64,000 bases of DNA from Podospora anserina (Eukaryota), in contig CM030334.1 of assembly GCA_017654855.1 (NCBI GenBank), positions 992,001 through 1,056,000 of the forward strand, in the 5' to 3' direction. The notes under the pieces are model-generated. The model had not been told where the DNA came from. It worked only from the letters and a program-made list of their open reading frames with translations, and did no database searches. How positions within the stretch are numbered: position 1 is the stretch's first letter; each line of letters starts with the position of its first letter. Of this stretch, positions 49,108 through 60,172 are shown piece after piece. The position numbers were made by a program, and so were the translations under genes.

Positions 49108-49947
49108 ATGCATTCCAGCACGGCAATCCTGCGCCTGGTGGCAGTCGCATCCGCCATTACTGGGGTAACCTCTTCCCCTGCCCCGGAAGACACTTCCCAA
49201 GACACGGATCTGTGGTACATCAACTACCACAACGATGGATGGTTTTGCGTACGGCCTGATCGGTCCCGTATAGGTTCTGGCACAGACTGGAACCCACCCT
49301 TTGGTTCGTCTGCTTCACCGTGAACCTAGAGATACTTATTACTCACACTTTCGTCTGCAGGAAACACCCTATGCCTCGACCAAGTTCGCACTTGCCAGGC
49401 CTTCTGCAGCACCAGAGGCGGTACCAGGGCCGACGAGAATGTGTGTATATCCGATAACGATGGCGAGGACGACCCGTCACGGTCGATTAATTACTGCACT
49501 ACGTGTAAATGCCAGGAAGACGCGGGTCCAAATCCCGTTGCTGAATATTCCGGCTCTCTTGCTCAGTACATGTGTCGTCGACTTGGGTTCCCCGACGACG
49601 TCTGCAATACCAAGGTTGCCACCACCGATTCTGGCTTCATTGCGAGCCCCATTACCTCCTCTTCGGTTGCATCCGCCACCGCCAGGTTGCCGAATGGAAG
49701 TCTCGAGGTCAGGCCTCTTCAAATCATCTCCGAGGTTGCCACATCAGCTGGGACCTCAAGCACGGCATCGAGCATGCCAGAATCAGCTTTGGAGAGCCCA
49801 ACCACCTCCCTTACCCGTCAGCCTGCGTCAACCGTGGACAAAGCAAGTCAACCGTCGCCCACTGAGGAACCAGTGGTTGATTCTGGAGCGATGAAAACAG
49901 CAGCTGGTGTCGTTGGCGTTATTGTGGCGGCGGCAGTAGTGATCTAA
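49108..49947 (+). CDS. Cys-rich secreted, putatively GPI-anchored protein, array copy 1 (260 aa; intron 49304-49360), intact
   Basis: Signal peptide; GWFC; GNTLCLDQVRTCQAFCSTRGG...NVC...YCTTCKC...Y.GS...YMC; S/T stalk; DSGAMKTAAGVVGVIVAAAVVI*. Confidence 0.85.
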
Positions 49948-50335
49948 CTCGTCAGGGCAACTGCCGTTGTTCTTTTCACCATACATTCTCAAATACAAGG
50001 TCTTTTGCCCACAGCTGATGCAATTTCGGCATCTCGGTCCTCGTCACGAAAATGCCACGCCGTGTCAACGCCAAGTTGGAGGCTCGACCGCTACATCACG
50101 ATGATTTGTCGCTCAACGAGGCTACCCCCTGACGTCCCGCGCACAAGGCCCCTGCTGCGGAGCCAACGCGCCAAAGATCCATTCTTTGGGCTGTAAGGGT
50201 GGGGATCCGATTCGATAGCTTCTTCTTCGCTATCGAATGCGACCCCCAGGATTGTCATCGCAGAAACCTTTATTTTGGCGTCTTGCGCTCTCTTCTTTGA
50301 ACCCCTTTTCGTCTCAGCACCATCGCTGTTCCGCC

Positions 50336-51259
50336 ATGCATTTCCCATCTGTCGCCGGCCTCGTGGCCACCGTGTATGGGATTACCGGAGTACTTTCAGC
50401 CACCACATCGTTGAAACCTTTCGACTGGGATTTTTAAGAGGCGGAGGGATGGACGTGTCTGACGCCCCCCAAGCGGTCTCAACCTGGGAGAGGCAGCATG
50501 AGCTTTGGTATGTTTGCCTTGTGTCTTGGTAACCTTGACGGTCGTTAACAAGTGCACCCGTCAGGAAACAACGTCTGCCCCAACCAGGTCTCAACATGCC
50601 AAGCATATTGCAGCACAAGAGGCGGCTCGGTAGACTGGAGAAACGGGTGTTTCTCCAACAATGATGGCTACGATAGCCCGTTTGAGTGGATCACCTACTG
50701 CTTCATCTGCAGGTGCAAGGACGACAAGGACACCACGCCTGACCTGACGGTATGTTATGGTTCGATCGAGCGCTACGTTTGCGAGCGGCAGGAGCAGAAT
50801 TGCTATTATGCCTACGGCCAATACGCGCAAAGCCCTCCCGAGGGGAAGTGCAAGATTTGTCCAGAGGGGGGGTATGTCTCGATGGCTCCTGGTGTTTCCA
50901 CCAGACCGATCACTTCGCTGTCTTTTGCTACTGCGACTCCTGGAGTCGCGCCGGAGGACGCTACATCGGCCACCACAACTACGATCTCGACATCCACATC
51001 TACGCCCTCGACATCCACATCTACGCCCTCGACAAACACCCTTGTGGTCACGGGGGCTGGGGATGATTTGTGGAAAGCTCTTGACCCTGAGCGTTTTGTA
51101 GAGGCGGAGGAGACTTCGACAACGCGTGGCGCGGGGCCTCAACCGACGGCTCTATCTACAGCTGGCCTAGATATAGAAGTTGTGGTCAAGGACTCCGGCG
51201 CCGTGAAGCAGGCGGCTGGTGTGGGAGTGGCGGTTTTAGCGGCGGTGATGGCACTCTGA
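50336..51259 (+). pseudogene. Cys-rich GPI-type protein, array copy 2 (intron 50508-50564), in-frame TAA at 50435-50437
   Basis: MHFPSVAGLV...FDWDF*EAEGWTCLTP...SFG|NNVCPNQVSTCQAYCSTRGG...; C-terminus DSGAVKQAAGVGVAVLAAVMAL*. Confidence 0.8.
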
Positions 51260-51402
51260 ACAGATCTGGGTTGCTATAGCTGTTTGAGAGTGTTTTGTAA
51301 GGGATGTGTGATATGTTGGTTGGGCTGAGGCATCGCGTATCGGGGTGATGAGATCCAGCGCACAAGCTCCCGCTGTGGAGAGAAGGATTTGCTTGACCGA
51401 AA

Positions 51403-52105
51403 TCTCTAAATCTACTGTGTAGAAGTTTTAGATCTACAATGTGCTTACTATACTAACCTCAGAGAAATGTTAGTTATGTTAGCCATACTTATTTTTCGTA
51501 GTAGTTAATATATGTTGAAATAGGTGCTATTGAGGCCTGTAGAATATAGGCTCGAATAGCTATCGGCGCAGTACACTGAGAGCGAAGAAGACTTTGACTG
51601 CAGCATTCGACAGTTGCCGAGGCACTGAAGGAAGGTGGATTACAGGGACGGCGCCCTGTAATATATAGAAGATAATCACTGTAATATCGGCTTGTGAGGC
51701 ACTGATAAGTGTGGTGAACCAGTATATTGATTGAACCTTTACAGACCGCTGCAGGGCACTGGCCTTAGCGCTCGGCTTTCCGGGACTTCGGATTGCTTCA
51801 GGACGCCGAGTTCCGTTCCGGCAACCGTGGTCCCTAAGCACTGCTGATCCAAGCCATTGTATTGCCTCTGAGGCCCTGTATTCTACAGGGCTTAGATACA
51901 CTGTAAAATCCACAAACAAAAGCTGTATTTTAACATCACTTTTTACCATACCTTGCCTCACCACACCTTGTGTAACGGCATCAACTTATTACTGTTAAAA
52001 ATGTCTGTGGCTGATATTGTGGTAGGATTGCGAGAGGCTAACTGTATTGGGTTGGTCTGGTAGCTATACCGTAGATATAAAAACTCTACATGGTAGATTT
52101 AGAGA
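51403..52105. mobile_element. ~700-bp non-autonomous TIR element (MITE-like), partly RIP-mutated
   Basis: Imperfect ~35-bp TIRs: TCTCTAAATCTACtgTGTAGA...ATCTAC at the left and the reverse complement at 52071-52105. AT-rich ends; no clear TSD. Confidence 0.7.
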
Positions 52106-52118
52106 ATTTGAGCTTGAC

Positions 52119-52503
52119 TGTCACAGTTAAGCCAACAGCAGGTCGGACAGTGTGCGGGGTGCAGGGCGTCCCCAGCCAATCATTAGTGGACCAATAGGAA
52201 GTGGGATCACTGGTGGAGTGACGGGATCTCGGTTATCCAAGTGATCCAAAGGAAAGAAGGGTGATCCGGATCACCCTTGGCAAAAGTGATCCAGGTGATC
52301 CACTGGTCTATATATACGGAGGAACTAGATGGCTAGCAGATAGTTCCGCAGTATGCAATTCAAGTCACATTCGTTGGTATCAAGACTAATGTGATTGAGA
52401 CAAGCTATTTGTTGTACAGTGTTTACCTGTACCGGACCAAGATTGTCTAGAAGCGCCTTCGACTAGTATCCCTTTCAGAGGTTCTGGATAGGGGTTCGTC
52501 ACA
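52119..52503 (+). mobile_element. solo LTR (385 bp), crapaud-like family
   Basis: TGTCAC...GTCACA termini with perfect 5-bp TSD TTGAC (52114-52118 and 52504-52508); homologous to the LTRs at 13.7-14.5 kb. Confidence 0.95.
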
Positions 52504-52680
52504 TTGACGGGGTTGTTTAATCTCTTTTAGTCTGTAATGGGCGGAGACATCGCGATGGCATCCACTCGCTAGTGGTTGGGGGCTCCATGGAAGAGTCGAT
52601 ACAAAAGTCCCTTTCCCGGTCAACGTCAGCCTGCCGAATCTTTCTTTCCACTCCCCTTGAACAGTGCCCTGCTGCCCAAC

Positions 52681-53576
52681 ATGCGTTTCATCACCGCGTC
52701 ATGCCTCCTGGCCGTTGGGCTTGGAACATCGGGTGTGTTGTCACGCGACTGGGAATGGGACACCAGAAAGCAGGGATATTGGTGTCTCACGCCAAACATA
52801 CGAAGAACTGAAAATGGCATTGCATACTACGGTTAGTTCCCTCCGCCTCCATTGATCTCGTGTAATTGCTAACACACACTTCAGGCAACACCGTCTGCCC
52901 GAGCCAAATCAAAACCTGTGAAGCAGTCTGCAGTCCATTGGGCGGTACCATCCCCGGCCAAAACGTCTGCATCACCGAGAACAACAGACAGGATGACCCT
53001 GACAAGCAAATCCCCTACTGCTTCAAATGCCAGTGCAGGGATGAGAGCTGGCCGAACCTGAGGCTTTATCCTGGGTCGGTGGCGCGGTTGGAGTGTGAGC
53101 GGGAGGCGGAGTGGTGCGCTGTTCAGAGGGAGGCGTTGAAGGATGATCCGGTGTGGGGGAAGACGAAGTGTGAATGTCCTGCGTTGTTGCCGTTGCCTGT
53201 TGTGACGGGGGTGGGTGCCGTTGCGGTGGTGTCTTCCACGCCCTTGACTCCCTCGATGACAAGTTCGACAATTGTGTCTACGGCCGGGATTGCGACGTCT
53301 GAGAGTACGGTGGTGGAAACCTCGAATATGGGGGAGGTGCCTACTGCGGTCACTTCTTCCGTGGTCATTTCTTTGGTGGACGACATGCAGGGCCGTCCAG
53401 TAGTCACCGGCGGACCTCAGCCATCGTCGCACGAGAAAGAGCATCCCAATTCGGAGGAGGCGATTTCCGGTGCAGCTCAGCCTACGGCTGTAGAGGAGGA
53501 AATCGTTGGTTCAGGGGCTGGGAAAGGGGCAGCTGGGGTTTTGGGAGCATTGTTGGCGGTGATGATGGTGGTTTGA
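52681..53576 (+). CDS. Cys-rich secreted, putatively GPI-anchored protein, array copy 3 (280 aa; intron 52832-52884), intact
   Basis: MRFITASCLLAVGLG...GYWCLTP...YYG|NTVCPSQIKTCEAVCSPLGG...NVC...YCFKCQC...YPGSVARLEC; C-terminus GSGAGKGAAGVLGALLAVMMVV*. Confidence 0.87.
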
Positions 53577-53834
53577 GACGGCAATGAATAGTAATCCAAG
53601 TCCATCCATTTGTATATCCAGACGGAACCGCGTGCAAAAGTTTCAGGGCCAAGAGCTAAGCCTCCCCAGCTCACTCTACTGCTTCTTGCCTGGTGGAGAG
53701 TCGCGGCGAAGTATCGCACGAATGTGAAGCTACCTGGTAGTCAGCATTCTTGTTTCAGCTCCCATCCACGTCGTCAGCTTTCTGTCGCGTCTTCGCTCTC
53801 CCAAAACCACCTCTAACTCAAGCCCAGTTCCTCG

Positions 53835-54508
53835 ATGTATCTCCCTCCCATTACAACCCTCCTAGCCATCACGCTCGGAGCCATCGGGGCATGCTCCCAA
53901 AACGACACCTGGTGGACCACGGCAGTACGCGACCAAGAAATGAATTCTTCAATTATTTTCCCCCGCCCTACCCGTGAAGGTATTGGGTATTTTGGTTGGT
54001 TCTTTGTCACCCCCATACCTAAGGTACTTACCTCAAATGGTTTAACAATCTTTAGGAAACGCCGTCTGCCGCAGTCAAATCAGCATCTGCGAGAGATATT
54101 GCCGCACCAGAGGTGGTGTTTTACCCGGGGAGAATGCCTGCAAGAGATATGACGCGTTGAATTCGGGGACGGCTGAGGAGGCGGGGATATGGGAGGACGA
54201 TCCGGAGGAGTATGTGGCGTATTGTTGGGAATGCAGCTGTGTGGAGGGGGCGTGGCCGAGATTGTTGAGGTGTTCGGGGCCGGTGGAGAGGTATAATTGT
54301 CTGAGGCAGGCGGAAATTTGTCGGTATGGGCGGGCGTTCAATGGGGAGGAGGATTTGTCTGGATGTGGTTGTAGTGAGGAGGAGAAGATTGATGATGGGT
54401 TAGACTCGGAGGGGAGTGGTGAGGTCGGTCAGGATGTTGATTCAGGGGGTGTAAAATGGGGAGCTGGGACGTTGGGGGTTGTCGTTGGTGGTGGTGATGG
54501 CGGTGTGA
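53835..54508 (+). CDS. Cys-rich protein, array copy 4 (intron 53995-54055); frameshift near 54484 disrupts the GPI tail (read-through to 55005)
   Basis: Signal peptide; YFG|NAVCRSQISICERYCRTRGG...NAC...YCWECSC...SGPVERYNC. DSGGVKWGAGTLGVV is followed by LVVVMAV*TGA (54506-54508) only in the shifted frame. Confidence 0.78.
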
Positions 54509-55160
54509 ATGTAGGTTTTGGCTCAGCGAAGAAGTCATCATGTACGTCGTCCATTGATCTTCAGAAAAGATTGACATTCTCCTTGCCAAGCTTCTGCAAA
54601 ACGGCACGAGATACGACGGCACCAGCTACCGCCGTGCCGGGACCGGATGATTCCCCCCCTAAAGCGCCGTGGATCTCCGTGGATCGCCGTGGCGTGAAGA
54701 ATGCTTGTCGCTCGGTACGTTACGGCATCCGGAAAGCGAGTGCATCCGACAATGCTCCATTTGAACTGTCCTTCGCCATTCCAGTCTTAGCTTTGACTCG
54801 GAACCGTCACCGCTGCACATCTCGGACTCTTGTGCGACCATTCCTTCGCACTGGCGTATCAGAGCTCGGCGTATTCAGAACGACGGAAGGGCAGAATTCA
54901 GGCAGACACCATGGCGTTCAGTTTATCGTGATTGGCAAGCACGACACATGTCGGCGTAACCATGGCGCCGACAACACCCACGGAGCTGTGGTCTGCAACT
55001 TGTGAGTCCGCAGGAGTAAGACTGCTGGCGTACGATTCGGGACAAATAAATACGTCCATTGTGTACCCATTGTATCTCAAGGACTTAATACCTTCAAACA
55101 CGATATCGCGATATTCCACCCACTCCAAAACACACTAAGGTATCCCCGACAACCGTGAAA

Positions 55161-56381
55161 ATGGTCAAGATTGCCGTTGCCGCTCCGGGCCGTAAGTCAC
55201 AGGCCACCACACCTCGCAGCTTGCAAAGCTAACCACATTCATTATTGCAGAGGTCGCTCGTGAGATCATCGAAGTTCTTGTCGCTACTGGGAAGCATGAA
55301 GTGATCACGCTTGCTCGCCGGGTAAGTCAACCCAACAGTAGCAGACGCAATCTCTGGCCCAAGATCTGACTCCAGATAGGAACTTGCCCCAGAGGAAATT
55401 GTCGAGGGCACAACCCCACTCAAGGTCGACTTTCACAACCCAGCTGAGCTGGAGAAGGTCCTTCAGGGCGTCCATACTGTTCTCTCGTTTGTGGTTGTTC
55501 AAAATGACCCCGATGGCATCGCTCAAAAGACTCTCATCGACGCCGCCATCGCAGCCGGAGTCAAGCGCTTCGCTCCGAGCGAGTGGTTTATGTAGGTCCA
55601 TCTTCGTAGGCCTCAGCCCGACAACATGACACTGACACAGCTAGTGCTCGCTACACTCATCTCCGGTGGGCCGCCAGCAAGGTGGCCATCCGCGACTATC
55701 TCGGAGAAAAGAACAAGGACGGCAAAGTCATCGAGTACTGTCTGTTCCAGCCTGGCATATTCACTGACTACCACGCCAACGAGAACATCAACAAGCATCT
55801 CAAGACGAACGACTTCCTCCCCATTGACTTTGCAAACCACAAGTTGCTTGCTCCCGGGAGTCTCAAACCCCGCTTGACGGCCACCACAGTCCGGGATGTC
55901 GCCAACATCGTCGCAAAGGCAATCGAATACGAAGGCGAGTGGCCAAAGATTGGAGGCATCGCGGGTGAAACACTTACGCTCGCCGAGGAGCTAGCGATTG
56001 GGGAGAAGATAAGAGGTTTGTTGACTTCCCAACCTGAATCTTTTGGCGTCCTACCTACTACGTCTTGGCTCGTCACATGGCAGTACTCTAATCCAATAAC
56101 ACAATACAGGCAAGAAATTCGAAGTTGAGCTGCTGGATGTTGATAGCCTCAGAAAAGGAGAATGGAACGGTTCGTGGGTCAAACCACTTGAGCACCCCTC
56201 GATTCAACACCTTGACGAGGAGACGCGGGCGGCCTTCTCCAAGGCGGCGTTTTCGGGTTTTCTGCTTGCGTTGGTGGATGACGAGTTGGTGGTATCGGAT
56301 GAGTGGAACCGCATCTTCCCCGACTACAAGTTTACAGGGATCGAGGAATTCGTCTCGAAGTTTTGGGCCGGGAAGCCGTAG
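55161..56381 (+). CDS. NmrA-like / isoflavone reductase-like NAD(P)-binding protein, ~4 introns
   Basis: MVKIAVA..., LQGVHTVLSF, QKTLIDAAIAAGVKRFAPSEW, EYCLFQPGIF, TTVRDVA, EWPKIGGI.G, SDEWNRIFPDYKF. Confidence 0.9.
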
Positions 56382-57393
56382 GTAGTGCAAGGTAGTGTGC
56401 CGCAATTTGGTTGACCGAATGTCGGGTGGCAAGCGGCATGCATGTGCTCACACGAGCAGCAGGTGGCCGGCACGCCGGTTGGAGGATTGGGAGGGGTTAA
56501 CGAAAGATGGAAGCTGGAGAGGCTTGCGAGTTCTTGGGAGTCTTGGACTGTTGGAGAAAATTGGAGAGATATGGAAGCTGGATGGGCCATGGAAGGGGCT
56601 TGGCTGTTGATAGGTGCATGGCTTGCATGGCTTCTCATCTTCTGGAAATAACCGTCCTTCATGCTCCCACTGGCTCCTTCATCCCATCTCCTCTGTGAAT
56701 ATCGATATCTCCCCCACTGTTAGAAGCATGGAATATAAGGCGCCGAGCAATGCCGAGACCGGTGCTACGCCGCACCAACCCGGAGAACCCTCTTGGCCAA
56801 CTCCACCACACTTGCCCGGGAATGGAACCTCCAACGGTTCCCCCACAAATTCTTTGGACCTTGTGCCTGGATCTGTGGAGCCCGGCTGTCGGGAAAGGAA
56901 GTTGACAAGACCAAGCCTTGTCGGCAAGATACCACCCTAGACCCGAACAGTCAAGGATCAGCCGTTGAAACCTGCCTCTTCTGGCAGTTCACCAGAGGAG
57001 CAGATGGCTGACGTGATTAGCTAGCACGATAACCGGGCCAAGATTCCCCTTCACGACGACTCTACCAACGACGACCTGCCCGCATGCATGGGTTGCAGTA
57101 TTGGGGAGGGCGATGGACAGTGATGGACCGTGATGGACAGTAGGAGGAGCAGGAGCGGGAGGGGAAGCAACTCCAAAGGCGACGCTGACATTGACATGGT
57201 ACTCCAAGAATAGCACCCACGGTCTCCGTTAATCGACAATTATAAATACCGACGGGCCCTCACCCTCGCCGTCAAGACAAAGAGAGAGAGGTCAGTCAGA
57301 CTCGGGACATCCTCTCCTCTGATCTCCTTCTTCCACCACCACTTCTTCTTCTTCATCCATCCACCCTCAAGCCAACCACGTCCAACCGCCAAC

Positions 57394-58863
57394 ATGAAGG
57401 TTACTTCCGTTGTCGCCGCTGCCGCTTTCGGCGCGACGACTGTCTCTGCCGGCCTCTCCGCCGAGGCCGCCAGCAAGCATGAGGAAGTCATGGCTCTGAA
57501 GATCAAGCAGTGGGATGCCGCTCGCGCCTCCGGTCTCTTCGGTGGTTCCAAGCTCTACAAGGCCCTCTTCAGCACCGTTCCTTGCAGAAACGGCAAGGCC
57601 GGCGAGTACTCCTGCAACAACGTCAACCTCCAGGCTTTCCTCTCCCACGAGGATCTCGGCTCCGCCTCCAAGGCCGGCAACGATGTCTGGGGCTGGACCG
57701 ACAAGAAGTCCAAGCGCGAGTTCGGTATCGTTGGTCAGACCGACGGTGTCGCCTTCGTTGAGATCACCGGCCTCGGTCGTCTCGAGTACATCGGCCGCCT
57801 CGACACCCAGACCGAGATCGTCTCGTGGAGAGATATCAAGGTCATTGGCGACTATGCCTACATTGGCGCCGAGGCCAACAACCACGGTATCCAGATCTTC
57901 GACCTCCGCAAGCTCCTCGACGTCAAGCCCTGGTGGAATCCCTTCTTCTTTAAGCCCAAGGTCTTCAGCAAGGAGACCGACATCACCCTCTTCGATGGCG
58001 TCGGTGCCACCCACAACATCGTTGCCCACGAGGAGACCAACATGATCTACGCCGTCGGTGGCCGCTCCGGCGCCAACGCCCGCAACACCCCCTGCGCCGG
58101 TGGCATGTTCATGGTTGACGTTTCCAACCCCCTCAAGCCAGTGTCCCCTGGCTGCATTCCCCAGGACGGTTACGTTCATGATGCCCAGTGCGTCATCTAC
58201 AAGGGCCCCAGCGCCGCCTACAAGGGTCGTGAGATCTGCTTCAACTTCAACGAGGACACCCTCACCGTCATGGACGTCACCAACAAGTCGGCCCCCGCCG
58301 TCGTCTCCCGCACTCCCTATGAGGGCAATGCCTACTCTCACCAGGGCTGGCTCATTGATGAGAACCAGTCCTTCCTCCTCCTCGACGACGAGCTCGATGA
58401 GCAGAACAAGGTCGGGCCTGCTGCCAACGGCCGCACCACCACCTACATCTTCAACGTTGCCAACCTCGAGGCCCCCATCAACACTGGTTACTACCAGTCC
58501 CCTGCCAAGTCCATCGACCACAACCAATACGTGAGTTTTTCTCTTGTGGATTTGAAGTGTTCAGATCGCTAACATGCTGCTCAATAGGTCATCGATGGTC
58601 TCACCTACCAGGCCAACTACGGCTCCGGCCTCCGCGTCGTCGATGTCTCCTCCGTCAAGGTCGACCCCACCGGCGCCAAGTTCAAGGAGACGGGCTTCTT
58701 CGACTGCCACCCGGAGGACGATGATGTCAACGGTGTCACCGAGTTCCTCGGCACCTGGTCCGTCTACCCCTACTTCAAGTCCGGCTACATCCTCCTCAAC
58801 TCCATTGAGCGCGGTATCTTCTCGCTCAAGTACACCGGCAAGAAGGCCGCGTACAAGCTCTAA
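57394..58863 (+). CDS. secreted choice-of-anchor B / LVIVD-repeat beta-propeller-like protein (intron 58531-58587)
   Basis: Signal peptide; NDVWGWTD, SWRDIKV, EANNHGIQIFDL, HNIV, YVHDAQCVIY.GP, YSHQGW, LLLDDELDE, IDHNQY|VIDG..YQANY.SGLRVVD, GTWSVYPYFKSG. Confidence 0.88.
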
Positions 58864-59569
58864 GTCTGTTGCGATGGGGTTTTGGGTAGACAGGTTGTAT
58901 ATATAGCTAGCAGTCACTATTGATAATGCTTATTAGTCTCATGTCATGTTTTATTGTGGCTTGAGCTTTTGATTGGTGGCGCTGTTGTAGAGCTACAGTT
59001 TCTACACCGCAACTCTATGCTGACTGGATGCCCTGGTCATCTGAACTGGCGTATTGCATGTCCTGCCTCTTTGGGTTCACCGGAAATAAGCCCTGCCCGC
59101 CCAACGCGACACTGTACAGCCCGTCACCTCGGATTTATCCAGGTTCCTTCATCGTACCAGCCAGCTAATGGTCTGGCGCCACTGAAGTGAACAATTCATC
59201 GTTACACTACACTGCCTGACAGCTGGTCGATCATGGTACAGCCGGAGTCTGGTTGATCGAGCTCAGAACGAATCACAACTTGTTGTCAACGTCCAAATAG
59301 GACCGAGATATTTATAGGATTAGTCCGCACCGATGAATACGATGTTTAGGAATACGATGCAGGAAGACCCGACCGCAACGAGATATGACGTTGTTGCGAT
59401 AATATGCTCGATCAAAGGATGGGATTGGTGTGTATAAATTGACCCTTGAGTCTAACCCTTGATCTGCTTTCATGTCATCATCCTCTCACACTCACCATCC
59501 ACGTTAGCATACTCTCACAGATCCCTTTGCTTTACTACCCCTTCAAGTTTCAACAAAAATATCACAACG

Positions 59570-60172
59570 ATGAAGTCGATTTTCTCCCTCGCTGCCGCTG
59601 CCGCCCTCGTCGGCCTGTCCAACAGCACGCCACTCCCTGACGCAACAGCCGCCGCTCACGGCCCCTACCACATCTCAGGCTTCTTCGCCTCAAAGCCGCA
59701 TTTGAGCAGTGGCTGCCGGTGTGTAACCCAACAACTACACCCCCTTTCCATCACCCCTTTTCTGGCCCTCTCTCCCTCCCCACTCTCCCTCCCCACTCAT
59801 ACTGACCCGTCCCTTCCCAGCTTCGAATTCAACCTAACATCCCCCACCCTCCCCTCCACCCCCCCAGTCTACTGCTGGGCCTCAGTCGAGCTAGGCTTCT
59901 CAGGCGCAACCTGGCTGGGGTATGTGTATCAAGGACTAGGTCACTGCGATAACGAGAGGGTCGACTGGACGTTCAACCATCCCAGAGGGGCAGAGACGGA
60001 TAGAAACGACGCGGTGTTTAATGTCACGGTTGACGGGGTGTTGGGGACGTATAGGGTGCCGAAGGAGGATATCTATGTGAATTTGAACGATGAGGGGAAT
60101 CCGTTTGATAATGATGTCAGTTATAGCGGGCCGAGGGAGTTTGAGATTGTGGATTTCCCTGGGGGGAACTAG
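59570..60172 (+). CDS. small secreted protein, Hrip1/Alt a 1-like elicitor family (intron ~59720-59820)
   Basis: Signal peptide MKSIFSLAAAAALVGLSNS; F.AS.PHLSSGC|FEFN, C.AS, C....WTF, G.Y.VP..D, YSGP.EF. Confidence 0.7.
   Translation: MKSIFSLAAAAALVGLSNSTPLPDATAAAHGPYHISGFFASKPHLSSGCRCVTQQLHPLSITPFLALSPSPLSLPTHTDPSLPSFEFNLTSPTLPSTPPVYCWASVELGFSGATWLGYVYQGLGHCDNERVDWTFNHPRGAETDRNDAVFNVTVDGVLGTYRVPKEDIYVNLNDEGNPFDNDVSYSGPREFEIVDFPGGN

Noticed and set aside
52318-52349. Apparent compensatory base change in the LTR hairpin after the TATA box (GGAACTG/CAGTTCC versus GGAACTA/TAGTTCC)
   Set aside because: Both changes (TG>TA and CA>TA) are canonical RIP mutations, so they are not evidence of RNA-structure selection.
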